DNA from: Deferribacterales bacterium
GTDB lineage: Bacteria; Chrysiogenota; Deferribacteres; Deferribacterales; Geovibrionaceae
Reading direction: 5' to 3'
DNA: 64,000 nucleotides
Assembly (NCBI GenBank): GCA_050253075.1
Contig: JBFWJS010000007.1
Location: forward strand, 64,001-128,000
Shown here: piece by piece, positions 47,841-57,931 of the stretch
How the letters are laid out: every line of letters starts with the position of its first letter
How positions within the stretch are numbered: the first letter of the stretch is position 1
The notes under the pieces: model-generated
What the model was told of the DNA's origin: nothing
Seen by the model: the letters and a program-made list of their open reading frames with translations, nothing else
Database searches by the model: none
Program-made: the position numbers and the translations under genes

Positions 47841-48538
47841 GCAGAGAAAAGACCGAAGCCATTATCTACAAACTCGTACGTTACTCTGACAGCTCTGCCA
47901 TAGCTTTCGCCTTTACTAAGGATTTCGGACGTCTGAAGATGTTCGTGCCGAAGGCATACACGAAAAAGGGCGGGTTGATGTGCATGATGCCGGGGATGCT
48001 CGACTTTGGCAAAAAGCCCACAGACCTTTCAAAGTTTTATTCTCTGGAACACGATGCTGCCTATTATCACTATCTGAATAATCACGAGATAGTCATGCGT
48101 CTGCACCTTGTTTTCGAGATACTAGACGGTCTTTATGAACCCGAACTCCCCGACGTTAAGCTCTTTGAACTCCTTTTAAAATACGACAACGAAAACTTCC
48201 GAAAGATAACCCCGTATATAATATATTTCATCCTGAAACGTTCGGGGGTAATGTTTGACCTTTCCAGATGCCATAACTGCGGAACAGAGGAGGATGTCTT
48301 CTGTGTTTCGGGTAACGGGCTGACATGTGCCGTATGCTCGGAGCAGGCGGGGATAGACAGCTTCTGTGATAAAGAGTCTGCGTATATCGTCAAATCCATG
48401 GGTAACAGCGCACTCTACCGCAATGTAACGGTGAACCGTAAACAGGAGCTTCAGATACTGAAAGCTCTGGGTGAATACTGCGGAAATGTTATGGAAAAAC
48501 CGCTGAAAAGTATCAAGACTGTTCTCGATATCATTTAA
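47837..48538 (+). CDS. recO: DNA repair protein RecO
   Basis: OB-fold N-terminus (FTKDFG), C4 zinc finger CHNC...CAVC; follows era-mgtE. Confidence 0.8.
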   Translation: MSREKTEAIIYKLVRYSDSSAIAFAFTKDFGRLKMFVPKAYTKKGGLMCMMPGMLDFGKKPTDLSKFYSLEHDAAYYHYLNNHEIVMRLHLVFEILDGLYEPELPDVKLFELLLKYDNENFRKITPYIIYFILKRSGVMFDLSRCHNCGTEEDVFCVSGNGLTCAVCSEQAGIDSFCDKESAYIVKSMGNSALYRNVTVNRKQELQILKALGEYCGNVMEKPLKSIKTVLDII

Positions 48539-48629
48539 AAACTAAATATCCGTTATTTCCTTTACATTCAAGGCACTTTTGCTTAAACTTGAAAAATATT
48601 TCACAAACAAGACTTAATACGAGGGTGTC

Positions 48630-49628
48630 ATGGAAAAAGGCGTAACAAACCTGAATAGATTTTTGTTAGAGGAACAGAGAAATTATCCCGAGGCCACAGG
48701 CGGCTTCACTATTCTCCTTGAATCAATAGCATTCGCATCAAAGATTATCAGCAAACAAGTGAATAAAGCGGGCATCGTAAACATCATCGGCAGAGCGGAC
48801 TCTACGAACGTTCACGGCGAAGACCAGCAGAAGCTCGACATATTCGCAGATACACAGATGATAAAGGCGCTCGACCACCTCGGAAAGCTGTGTGCAATGG
48901 CTTCCGAAGAGAACGACGACCCTATCATGATACCTGAGAGATACCCAAAGGGTAAATACCTCATAGCTTTCGACCCGCTCGACGGCTCCAGCAACATCGA
49001 CGTAAACATAAGCATCGGTACTATCTTCGGCATTTACAAGCGTAAAGACGGAGAGACAGGCGACGCTTGCTGTAAGGAATTCTTTCAGCCCGGTCGTGAT
49101 ATGGTCGCTGCAGGATACGTCATCTACGGCTCGTCCACGATGATGGTTTATTCCTCGGGCAAAGGCGTACACGGCTTTACACTCGACCCTTCCATAGGCG
49201 AATACATCCTCAGTCACCCGAACATAAAGTTCCCCGACTTTGGAAAGATATACAGCATAAACGAAGTGAACTATAACAGATGGGACGACGCTACCAGAAA
49301 CTTTGTAAACCATCTGAAAGAGCACCCTGACAGAGAATACACATCAAGATACATCGGCTCTCTCGTAGCCGACTTCCACAGAAACCTGCTGAAAGGCGGC
49401 GTCTTCGCTTACCCCGGGGATACTAAGAACCCTAGAGGAAAGCTGAGACTGCTCTATGAGTGTGCCCCTCTTGCTTTCATAGCAGAGCAGGCAGGCGGTA
49501 TGGCTGTGAACGACGAGATGAACATACTCGACATCGTGCCGACAGACCTCCACCAGAAAGAGCCTTTCTACATCGGTTCTAAATACGAAGTTGAAGCATA
49601 CCTGAAGGCTAAGCGCGGAGAGCTTTAA
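48630..49628 (+). CDS. fbp: Class I fructose-1,6-bisphosphatase
   Basis: DPLDGSSNID, RYIGSLVADFHR, GKLRLLYE. Confidence 0.97.
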   Translation: MEKGVTNLNRFLLEEQRNYPEATGGFTILLESIAFASKIISKQVNKAGIVNIIGRADSTNVHGEDQQKLDIFADTQMIKALDHLGKLCAMASEENDDPIMIPERYPKGKYLIAFDPLDGSSNIDVNISIGTIFGIYKRKDGETGDACCKEFFQPGRDMVAAGYVIYGSSTMMVYSSGKGVHGFTLDPSIGEYILSHPNIKFPDFGKIYSINEVNYNRWDDATRNFVNHLKEHPDREYTSRYIGSLVADFHRNLLKGGVFAYPGDTKNPRGKLRLLYECAPLAFIAEQAGGMAVNDEMNILDIVPTDLHQKEPFYIGSKYEVEAYLKAKRGEL

Positions 49629-49630
49629 AC

Positions 49631-50452
49631 TTGCTGATTGGTTCACATCAATCGATATCAAAATCTATAGATCTGAGTATACAGAGGGCACTTGCAGACG
49701 GCTGTGAGTGCCTTCAGATTTTTGTAAAGAACAACAACAGATGGATAGGCAAAGAGCTCTCGGAAGCAGAGGCAGAGAAGTTCCGCTCGGAACTGGCTTT
49801 GTCGGGACTGAAAGTTTGCGCCCATTCATGCTATCTGATAAACCTCGCATCATTCAAAGATGACACATACCAGAAATCTCTCACATGTATAAGGGACGAG
49901 CTGTCACGCTGCGACAGGCTCGGCGTGCCTTCGTATGTGATACACCCGGGCTCCCACGTGGGCGAGGGCGAGCAGGCGGGGATAAAGCGCATAGCCGAGA
50001 GTCTGGACAGGATATACGACGAAGGCTATGAGTGCATGACGCTTCTGGAAATGGTCGCCGGCATGGGTACAAACATTGGCTACAGCATAGAAAATATGCT
50101 TGATATAATTAAGTACTCAAACCATAAGGAAAAGCTGGGGATATGCCTTGATTCCTGCCATATATTTGCCGCAGGATATGATGTGAAAGATGATTATGAC
50201 AAAGTATTTAACGATCTGTTCGACGCATTCGGGGATAAGATAAAGGTGTTCCACCTGAACGACAGCTTAAAACCTTTGGGGAGCAGACGTGACAGACATG
50301 CTAAAATAGGTGAGGGTGAGATAGGCGGGGAGTTTTTTAAAAAAGTCGTGAACGACGACAGATTTAATGATATCCTCGGCATATTGGAGACACCCGTTGA
50401 AGAGAATTATTCGGACGAGATAAAACTGCTGAAAAGCTATAGGGAGAAATAA
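49631..50452 (+). CDS. nfo: Endonuclease IV
   Basis: HS.YLINLAS, HPGSH, CLDSCH..AAGYD, HLNDS, DRH, LETP. Confidence 0.96.
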   Translation: MLIGSHQSISKSIDLSIQRALADGCECLQIFVKNNNRWIGKELSEAEAEKFRSELALSGLKVCAHSCYLINLASFKDDTYQKSLTCIRDELSRCDRLGVPSYVIHPGSHVGEGEQAGIKRIAESLDRIYDEGYECMTLLEMVAGMGTNIGYSIENMLDIIKYSNHKEKLGICLDSCHIFAAGYDVKDDYDKVFNDLFDAFGDKIKVFHLNDSLKPLGSRRDRHAKIGEGEIGGEFFKKVVNDDRFNDILGILETPVEENYSDEIKLLKSYREK

Positions 50453-50453
50453 G

Positions 50454-51998
50454 ATGGAAATGACTGAGACACCCGTTGTTACGGTTATGAAAGACATACT
50501 GAGACCTGACAAGATACTCGAGACTCACATTTCATATGTTTTTATAAAAGACGACTACGTTTATAAGGTGAAGAAGGGGGTTGATTTCGGCTTCCTTGAT
50601 TTCTCCTCTAAAAAGAGACGCAAAGCTATGTGCCTTGTTGAAAAAGACCTTAACGAAAGATTCTGCAAGGATATATACCTCGAAGTGCTGAAGATAGCCA
50701 GACTGGAAAAGAAGTTTGAGCTGGTCCCCTTCGACAGCAGCCTGCTCACGCTGGACTACTGTCTTAAGATGAAGCGTATCGAGGATGAAAAGTTCCTTTC
50801 CACAAAGGTAAAGAACGGTGAGGTGGATGCCACCGACGCCGTAGAGATAGGTAAGAAGATTGCAGAGCTCTTCAAAGGGCTGGAGACAGACCCTTATGCG
50901 GCGGAGTTCAACGGCAGCGCAGAGATAGTGCGACAGAACTGCATAGAGAACTTTGACCAGATAAAGCCCTTCTGCGGGCGTTTTGTGGATGATGCCGATG
51001 TGGAGTTCATAAAAAAGCAGACTGTCAGATACTTAGATGAAAACAGCGCACTCCTTAATAAAAGGGTGAAAGAAGGCTTTGTGGTGGACGGACACGGCGA
51101 CCTCAGGCTGGAGCATATATACATGGACGGCGACGAATTCGGTCTCATCGACTGCATCGAGTTCAACAAGCGCTTCCGCTTTAACGACGTAATGTCTGAG
51201 ATATCATTCCTCTGCACCGAGTCCGATATGATGGGCGACACAGCCTTCGCAGACGGACTTATGGACGGATTCCTCTCTGTTTATGACGATGCGGAGAGCT
51301 CAAAACTCATTAACTTTTACAAAGCATACAGGGCTATGGTTCGGGCAAAGGTTGCCTGCTTCCTCCTCGCTGATAAAGATGAAAGCTGGGAGCTCTATGC
51401 GGATAAAAAGGCAGAGATAGAGACATACATGCGTATGGCTGTCACCTATGCTCTGAACATGTTCGAGACATCCACAATGATATTCTACGGGCTGATGGCG
51501 AGCGGAAAGACAAAGAACGCCCGACTCTTCGCAGAGCTTTACCCTGTGGAGCATGTGAACACGGATGTTGTGCGCAAGCTCATGCACGGGATAGACCCTG
51601 ATGCTAATGTACATGTGGATTACGGTGCGGATCTCTACTCAGCGGAAAATTCGCAGAAGCTGTATGAAGAGCTCGGCGAAATGGCGGACAGCAACAGACA
51701 GCTCGGACGCATGACCATTATTGACGGCAGTTTCAGCAAGGTAAAATATCTGGACTACCTCAAAGAGAACTACGAAGGCGAATTTATAAAGATACGCTTC
51801 TTTGCCCCTGAGGATGTCGTGATGGACAGGCTGGAAAAACGCAGGGAAAAGGTTTTAGCATCAGACGGCAGACCGGAGATATACGAGGCGCAGAAAGCAT
51901 CCGCAGAGGAGATCGGCGCAGATTTTGAAATAGAAACAACAGGCCATGCGGAAGACAACGCAAAGGCCGTTATCGGATATTTAATTGATAAAGCATAA
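50454..51998 (+). CDS. Bifunctional APH-like kinase / AAA_33 P-loop protein
   Basis: ETHIS, GHGDLRLEH, DCIEFN, YRA.VRAKV, GLMASGKT. Confidence 0.88.
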   Translation: MEMTETPVVTVMKDILRPDKILETHISYVFIKDDYVYKVKKGVDFGFLDFSSKKRRKAMCLVEKDLNERFCKDIYLEVLKIARLEKKFELVPFDSSLLTLDYCLKMKRIEDEKFLSTKVKNGEVDATDAVEIGKKIAELFKGLETDPYAAEFNGSAEIVRQNCIENFDQIKPFCGRFVDDADVEFIKKQTVRYLDENSALLNKRVKEGFVVDGHGDLRLEHIYMDGDEFGLIDCIEFNKRFRFNDVMSEISFLCTESDMMGDTAFADGLMDGFLSVYDDAESSKLINFYKAYRAMVRAKVACFLLADKDESWELYADKKAEIETYMRMAVTYALNMFETSTMIFYGLMASGKTKNARLFAELYPVEHVNTDVVRKLMHGIDPDANVHVDYGADLYSAENSQKLYEELGEMADSNRQLGRMTIIDGSFSKVKYLDYLKENYEGEFIKIRFFAPEDVVMDRLEKRREKVLASDGRPEIYEAQKASAEEIGADFEIETTGHAEDNAKAVIGYLIDKA

Positions 51999-52977
51999 CT
52001 TTGAAATAAAACAGGTGAACTCGCCCTTTGAGGACACCGCATTTTTTGTAAGAAATATATATAAGCCTGACGGGCTCCTCTTTGACTGCGGGCGCATCGG
52101 ACCACTGTCTAACAGTGAGGTGCTCTCCATCACAGAGATACTCATCAGCCACACCCATATAGACCACTTCTACGGCTTTGACCGCATACTCAGAGGCACG
52201 CTCCTCAGCGGGAAGAAGTTCCGTGTTTTCGGCCCCCCGGGGATAATAAAGAACGTGCAGGGGAAGATAGACTCCTACACATGGAACCTGATAAAGGATT
52301 ACCCCGTCAGCTATGAAGTGATAGAGCTGAACATGGAGAAGAAAGAGTATAAAACGGCATACTTCTCCGCTGCGAACGGCTTTATCAGAGAGGATGGTGT
52401 GTTAAAGCACTCTGAGCTCTCTTTAACGGGCGGTTTTAAGCTGGATTTCGAATTTTTCGACCATAGGGTGCCGTCGGTAGGATATCGTGTCACAGAGCCT
52501 GATATGGTCGCTGTGTCGAAGGTGAGGGTGAAGGAGCTCGGCTTCAAAGAAGGGAAGTGGCTCGCAGAGCTGAAGGATAAAGTGCTCGCAGGGCTCATGG
52601 ATGACGACATCGTCGCAGATACCGCAAGCGGAAAGACATCCATGAAGGTGAGCAAAGCAGCAGAGCAGATAATAGAGCCTGTGCAGTCCCAGTCTGTCAC
52701 ATACATCACAGACATTGCGCCGTCTTTCGACAATGTGCGTAAGGCCATCAGCTTTGCAAAGGATTCGACAATACTGCTGATAGAGTCCATGTTCCTGAAA
52801 AAAGATGTGCTCCATGCGAATAATAAGAAGCACCTTACGCTTGAGCTTTCGAAATATATTTTCCGTGAGAGCGGGGCGGGCTTTGTACGCTTTTTCCATT
52901 TCACATCCAGATACGACAGCAGTAAGAAGGACTTTTATAACGCACTTTATGACGGCATGGACGGCCGCATACTTTAA
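51985..52977 (+). CDS. RNase Z-like metallo-beta-lactamase
   Basis: VNSPFED, LFDCG, SHTHIDHF.GFD, Y.TD, FHF..RY. Confidence 0.82.
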   Translation: MIKHNFEIKQVNSPFEDTAFFVRNIYKPDGLLFDCGRIGPLSNSEVLSITEILISHTHIDHFYGFDRILRGTLLSGKKFRVFGPPGIIKNVQGKIDSYTWNLIKDYPVSYEVIELNMEKKEYKTAYFSAANGFIREDGVLKHSELSLTGGFKLDFEFFDHRVPSVGYRVTEPDMVAVSKVRVKELGFKEGKWLAELKDKVLAGLMDDDIVADTASGKTSMKVSKAAEQIIEPVQSQSVTYITDIAPSFDNVRKAISFAKDSTILLIESMFLKKDVLHANNKKHLTLELSKYIFRESGAGFVRFFHFTSRYDSSKKDFYNALYDGMDGRIL

Positions 52978-52979
52978 TA

Positions 52980-53903
52980 ATGAAAAAGTATCTGGTATTA
53001 TCAGTTTTAATTATTACAGCGGTGATATACATGAATTCCGGACGACCTTTACACGAGCTTAAACCTTTTACAGACCTTACGGAAGTTGACGATGCAGAGC
53101 TCCTTGATCTGGACTTTAAAAAGTCTGAATCAGAGGATGTGAAGCTGGAGGCGAACTATCCGCAGTTTCACAAAGGGGGCGATGTGGGCGTGCTCATCAT
53201 GCACGGCTTCACGGCTTCGCCGCTGGAGATGCAGCCCATAGCCGACTTTCTCATAGAGCAGGGATTCAGCGTGTATCAGGTGCGCACGTCGGGGCACGGC
53301 TCCATCCCTGAGCATCTAAACCTTACGACGTATCAGGACTGGTACGAATCTGCCAGATACGGCTACTTTGTGCTGAAGCGCAACTGTAAGAAGGTTTTCA
53401 CACTGGGCGAGTCGATGGGCGGGGCTATGGCTCTCACTATATCCGCACACAACGACACGGACGGGGCAATACTCCTTGCGCCGTGTATAAAGATAAGAAG
53501 CAACCTCACAAGGTTTAGCCCTATACTGTCAAAGTTTGTGAAGCTGATACCAAAGGTCGCAGCCAAAGCATGGACAGACGACGTTAAAGGCGTTTACTAT
53601 GAGCAGTGGCCTGTGGTGGGGATATATCAGCTCCTTATGTATACCAATTATTTAAAAGAAAATATGGACCTTTTCAGCTTCCCTATGCTCGGCTTTCAGT
53701 TTCCGAACGATGCCGTTGTCAGCGGGAAAGCCACCAGAGAATTCTTTGAAAATGCGCCGTCAGAAGACAAGACATACGTCGAATTTCCCGACAAGCTGAG
53801 CCTGACGCACATACTGGTTTCAAAGAAAAATGTTTACAGGGACGAAATGTTTACTAAAATAGCGGAATGGCTTAATGAAAGAGGTGTGAAAGATGATCAG
53901 TAA
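52980..53903 (+). CDS. Alpha/beta hydrolase (carboxylesterase-like), membrane-anchored or exported
   Basis: HGFTASP, GHG, nucleophile GESMGG. Confidence 0.88.
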   Translation: MKKYLVLSVLIITAVIYMNSGRPLHELKPFTDLTEVDDAELLDLDFKKSESEDVKLEANYPQFHKGGDVGVLIMHGFTASPLEMQPIADFLIEQGFSVYQVRTSGHGSIPEHLNLTTYQDWYESARYGYFVLKRNCKKVFTLGESMGGAMALTISAHNDTDGAILLAPCIKIRSNLTRFSPILSKFVKLIPKVAAKAWTDDVKGVYYEQWPVVGIYQLLMYTNYLKENMDLFSFPMLGFQFPNDAVVSGKATREFFENAPSEDKTYVEFPDKLSLTHILVSKKNVYRDEMFTKIAEWLNERGVKDDQ

Positions 53904-54711
53904 AAACAAGATTGGCTTTATCGGCGGCGGAAACATGGCAGAAGCTCTGCTGAAAGGTATGCTCAGCGCCGCAGGGCCTCTCGACGTGGCTGTCAGCGAT
54001 CTGAATACGAACAGGCTGGAGCTATTCAAAACTCAATACGGCGTGGACGCCATAACAAAAGATAATAAAAAGGTCGTCGAATACGCCGACGTTATAATAC
54101 TGGCTGTAAAGCCGCAGATCATCCCCGTTATACTCGAAGAGGTCAGGGAACTCGTGACAAAAGACAAGCTGATTGTCTCCATAGCTGCGGGCGTGCTGAC
54201 AGGGTCTATCGAGGCTCATCTTCAGGCAGGCAGCAGAGTAGTGCGTGTAATGCCTAATACTCCTGCTCTCGTGGGGCTGGGGGCTACAGGCATATGCAAA
54301 GGTGCAAACGCCACATCGGACGATATCGATCTCGTGGAAAAAATGATGAATACCATAGGCATCAGCGTTGTCGTGGGCGAAGACAGGATGGACGCCATCA
54401 CCGGTCTTTCAGGCAGCGGTCCTGCTTATGTCTATACATTCATAGACGCTCTCGCAGACGCAGGGGTGAACATGGGTCTGACAAGGGTGAACGCTGTGAA
54501 GCTCGCCGCTCAGACCGTCATAGGAGCCGCAAAAATGGTTCAGGAGACAGGCATACACCCTATGCAGCTTAAGGATAATGTTACGACACCTGCGGGCACG
54601 ACAATATGCGCCCTGCACGAGCTGGACAAGGGAGCCTTTAAATCTACCGTAATGAGCGCAGTGGAAGCGGCTACAAAGAAGGCAGCTCTCCTTGGTAAGA
54701 CTAGTAAGTAA
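53893..54711 (+). CDS. proC: Pyrroline-5-carboxylate reductase
   Basis: GFIGGGNM, LAVKPQ, RVMPNTP, TGLSGSGPAY, VTTPAGTT. Confidence 0.97.
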   Translation: MISKNKIGFIGGGNMAEALLKGMLSAAGPLDVAVSDLNTNRLELFKTQYGVDAITKDNKKVVEYADVIILAVKPQIIPVILEEVRELVTKDKLIVSIAAGVLTGSIEAHLQAGSRVVRVMPNTPALVGLGATGICKGANATSDDIDLVEKMMNTIGISVVVGEDRMDAITGLSGSGPAYVYTFIDALADAGVNMGLTRVNAVKLAAQTVIGAAKMVQETGIHPMQLKDNVTTPAGTTICALHELDKGAFKSTVMSAVEAATKKAALLGKTSK

Positions 54712-54735
54712 TTAATTTATATTTTCAGATAAAAG

Positions 54736-54766
54736 AAAAGGGCATGTTTTTCGCATGCCCTTTTTT
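54736..54766. terminator. Bidirectional intrinsic terminator
   Basis: AAAAGGGCATG-N7-CATGCCCTTTT between convergent proC and hypD. Confidence 0.9.
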
Positions 54767-54768
54767 AT

Positions 54769-57126
54769 TTACGCCGATTCGTGCTCGGTTCTTTTTATGA
54801 TCTCTTCCTGAAGCTCGTCTGTGATGTCTACGAAATAGTCTGAGTATCCCGCAACTCTCACGATGAGGTCTCTGTAGTTCTCAGGTTTTGCCTGAGCCTC
54901 ACGCAGGATCTTTTCGTCCATAACGTTGAACTGTATGTGGTGTCCGTCCATACGGAAGTATGAGCGCACCAGCCTGCATACATTGTCTATACCTTCGTCG
55001 GTATACATGAACTCTTTGGAGAATCTCTGGTTCAGCAGTGTACCGCCTGTGCGGAGGTGGTCTATCTTAGACGCTGATTTTATAACTGCCGTAGGGCCGT
55101 GTCTGTCTGCGCCCTGAACGGGGGAGATACCTTCGGAGAGCGGGATCTTATTCTTGCGTCCGTCGGGCATAGCACCGATAACACTGCCGAAATACACGTG
55201 TGATGTCGTCGGCAGGAGGTTTATCCTGTGGTATCCGTTGCGTACGTTCGGTCTGCCGTTTACAGACTCGTAGAACATCTCGAATATTTCACGCATAAGG
55301 TCGTCTGCATAGTCGTCGTCATTTCCGTATTTCGGAGTATCTTCGAGCAGTATGGCTCTCAGGTCGCCGTATCCTTCGAAGTCTGCTTCCATAGCTTTCA
55401 GCATGTCGTTCATGGATATTATCTTTTTGTCAAAGATATTGTACTTCAGCGATGCGAGACAGTCTGTTATAGAGCCGAGACCGACACCCTGAATGTATGT
55501 GGTGTTATATCTTGCTCCGCCTGCGTTATAGTCCTTTCCGTTTTTGATACAGTCCTGTGTCAGTATGCTGAGGAAAGGGACGGGGATGTATTTGGCGAAG
55601 AGTTTCTCTATCACCATGTTTCCGCGTATTTTCACATCTATGAAGTAGTTGAGCTGAGTTTTATATATTTCCATCAGCTCTTCAAAGCTGGCGAAATCTG
55701 TCTTGGTCTTAAGCCCGACCTGCTTCTCGGTGCGTTTGTCGTATCCGCCGTAGAGAGTAAGCTCGAGAACCTTTGCGAGGTTGAAATAACCTGAAAGGAA
55801 GTAAGCTTCTGTGCCGAATGCGCCTGATTCCACACATCCTGATGCACCGCCGTTTCTGGCGTCTACGATGTCTTTACCCTGACGCATAAGTTCCTGTACG
55901 ATAGCGTCGGTGTTGAATATAGAAGGCTGACCGAAGCCTGTCTTAACTATATGCAGGGCACGCTTGAGGAACCTGTCGGGGTTCTTTTTAGATATCTGCA
56001 CCATAGAGCTGGGCTGAAGAAGGCGCATGTTCTCTATCACATCGAGCAGAACGTATGAAAGGTCGTTCACGGCGTCTGAGCCGTCTTCCTTTACGCCGCC
56101 GATATTGATGAGTGAGAAGTCAGTGTATGTGTTTGACTCCTTTGCCGTTACGCCCACTTTCGGAGGAGAAGGGTGGTTGTTAAACTTCACCCAGAAGGAG
56201 CTGAGGAGCTCTTTTGCGCTCTCTTCCGTTATCCTTCCTGATTCTATATCCGCTTTATAGAATGGATAGAGGTGCTGGTCGAGCCTGCCCGGGTTGAAAG
56301 AGTCCCACGGGTTTGTCTCGGTGATAACACCTATATGCAGAAACCAGTAAAGCTGCAGAGCCTCCCAGAAGCTCTCGGGAGCGTTGCCAGGTACACGGGA
56401 GCATATAGAGCTCATTTCCTGAAGCTCGAGCTTGCGCTTTGTATCTGTTTCGGCATCTGCCATCTTTTTGAGTGCTATTGCGTTTCTCTCGGCGAAGTTG
56501 ATCATGGCGTCCGCAGCGACCAGCATAGCCTGAAGCTCTTCGTTCTTGTCGAATGCTTCGGGGTCGTTGTGATAGTCGAGTGCTGCTATTGCCTCTTTAA
56601 CTTCTTCTTTCAGTCCGTTCAGACCTGTGCTGAAGACCTTTTTGCCGAGTACTGTGTGTCCGGGAGCTCTCTGCTCCTGAAACTCTGTGAAGACACCTGC
56701 GGAATAGGCTGCGTGCCATTCGGGTGTCATGTAGTGCATCACTTTTTCACGGTGGGATTTACCCTCCCAGAAGGGGAGCACTATCTCTTTGTGGAGCTTG
56801 CGGTTTTCATCATCGACCTTAAAGGAGACCTTTGGTCTGTTGTGAAGCATGTCGAAGTCATCCTCTGAGTGTATGCACACTTCAGGGTAGGTCGGCGTTG
56901 CTTTCGCTTTTGGTCCGCGTTCGCCCACTATGAGCTCTCCGTCGTGGAAGCAGAGCTCTTTTTTATCCATGATATAGTAGAAGGCCTTTGCCCTCTGCAT
57001 AGGTATAGACAGTCCGTCGGCGCCTCCGCCAGCAAAAAATTCCGTGAGCAGCACGCCTCTTTCCGAAGAGACCGTCTCCACTGCATTCAGACTGTTTTCA
57101 CGAAGTTTTTTAATCCTGTCTGTCAT
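54769..57126 (-). CDS. hypD: Glycyl radical enzyme, trans-4-hydroxy-L-proline dehydratase
   Basis: Glycyl loop RVAGY and Cys loop SGCVE; HypD-like segments PTYPE..H, EQRAPGHT, WD.F.PGRLDQ, PPKVG.T.KES.TYTDF, LPTT.H.YFG (compared with the C. difficile enzyme from memory). Confidence 0.9.
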   Translation of the reverse strand: MTDRIKKLRENSLNAVETVSSERGVLLTEFFAGGGADGLSIPMQRAKAFYYIMDKKELCFHDGELIVGERGPKAKATPTYPEVCIHSEDDFDMLHNRPKVSFKVDDENRKLHKEIVLPFWEGKSHREKVMHYMTPEWHAAYSAGVFTEFQEQRAPGHTVLGKKVFSTGLNGLKEEVKEAIAALDYHNDPEAFDKNEELQAMLVAADAMINFAERNAIALKKMADAETDTKRKLELQEMSSICSRVPGNAPESFWEALQLYWFLHIGVITETNPWDSFNPGRLDQHLYPFYKADIESGRITEESAKELLSSFWVKFNNHPSPPKVGVTAKESNTYTDFSLINIGGVKEDGSDAVNDLSYVLLDVIENMRLLQPSSMVQISKKNPDRFLKRALHIVKTGFGQPSIFNTDAIVQELMRQGKDIVDARNGGASGCVESGAFGTEAYFLSGYFNLAKVLELTLYGGYDKRTEKQVGLKTKTDFASFEELMEIYKTQLNYFIDVKIRGNMVIEKLFAKYIPVPFLSILTQDCIKNGKDYNAGGARYNTTYIQGVGLGSITDCLASLKYNIFDKKIISMNDMLKAMEADFEGYGDLRAILLEDTPKYGNDDDYADDLMREIFEMFYESVNGRPNVRNGYHRINLLPTTSHVYFGSVIGAMPDGRKNKIPLSEGISPVQGADRHGPTAVIKSASKIDHLRTGGTLLNQRFSKEFMYTDEGIDNVCRLVRSYFRMDGHHIQFNVMDEKILREAQAKPENYRDLIVRVAGYSDYFVDITDELQEEIIKRTEHESA

Positions 57127-57131
57127 AAGTT

Positions 57132-57923
57132 TTATCCTCCGATACCTGTGTCGAAACCTTTCGACGAAAAGAATTTTCTGATCTTTTCCATGTGTGTCTT
57201 ATCAGGCTGTTCCACATCTTTCATGTGGTATTCCATGCCTAGTCTTCTGTATTTGTCACTGCCTATCCTGTGATACGGCAGCAGATCAATCTTAATATCG
57301 TCAAATCCGCTGAGGAACTCTGCGAGGCTCTCGATGTTTTTCTCCGTGTCTGTTATGCCCGGTATAACGGGGAACCTGACACGGACGTCCTTGCCCGCTT
57401 CTTTCAAATATCTGAAATTGTCCAGTATAGCCCTGTTGGAAACTCCGCAGTATTCCGTATGTTCTGCGTCGTCCATGAGCTTTATGTCATACAGAAAGAG
57501 GTCTGTGAGCGGCATAGCCGCATCGAGCGACTCTTTCTTTGTATACCCTGTCGTGTCTATACATGTATGTATATCATTCTTTTTGCATTCTGCCAGCAGG
57601 GAAATTAAAAAATTCTCCTGTAGGAAAACTTCTCCCCCGCTGAATGTGACTCCGCCGCCGGATTCTTCATAAAAAATGAAGTCCTTTTTAATGACCTGCA
57701 TCACTTCGGACACGGTCATTTCTTTACCGATGAGTTCTTCGCTGACGTGGACGGAATTGTCCAGTTTCAGTTCTTTCAGTATTTTCTGCGGGGCTTTGTG
57801 TCTGCTTTCAGGGTTATGACACCATATACAGGACAGGGGACACCCTTTGAGAAACACAGTGGTGCGTATCCCCGGTCCGTCGTGTACGGCGTATTGTTTA
57901 ATATCGAATACGATCCCTTTTAT
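57132..57923 (-). CDS. Glycyl-radical activating enzyme (HypD activase); start probably ATA at 57923
   Basis: HDGPGIRTTVFLKGCPLSCIWCHNPE, GGGVTFSGGE, LLPYH; the conserved N-terminus extends 22 codons beyond the called GTG. Confidence 0.88.
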   Translation of the reverse strand: MKGIVFDIKQYAVHDGPGIRTTVFLKGCPLSCIWCHNPESRHKAPQKILKELKLDNSVHVSEELIGKEMTVSEVMQVIKKDFIFYEESGGGVTFSGGEVFLQENFLISLLAECKKNDIHTCIDTTGYTKKESLDAAMPLTDLFLYDIKLMDDAEHTEYCGVSNRAILDNFRYLKEAGKDVRVRFPVIPGITDTEKNIESLAEFLSGFDDIKIDLLPYHRIGSDKYRRLGMEYHMKDVEQPDKTHMEKIRKFFSSKGFDTGIGG

Positions 57924-57931
57924 AAAGCACC

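Noticed and set aside
50454..51998. Aminoglycoside resistance gene
   Set aside because: Only fold-level APH similarity, fused to a P-loop domain in a housekeeping operon
54769..57126. Pyruvate formate-lyase or choline TMA-lyase
   Set aside because: Single-Cys GCVE loop rather than the PFL Cys-Cys pair; HypD-like motifs and P5C-enzyme neighbours; no microcompartment genes
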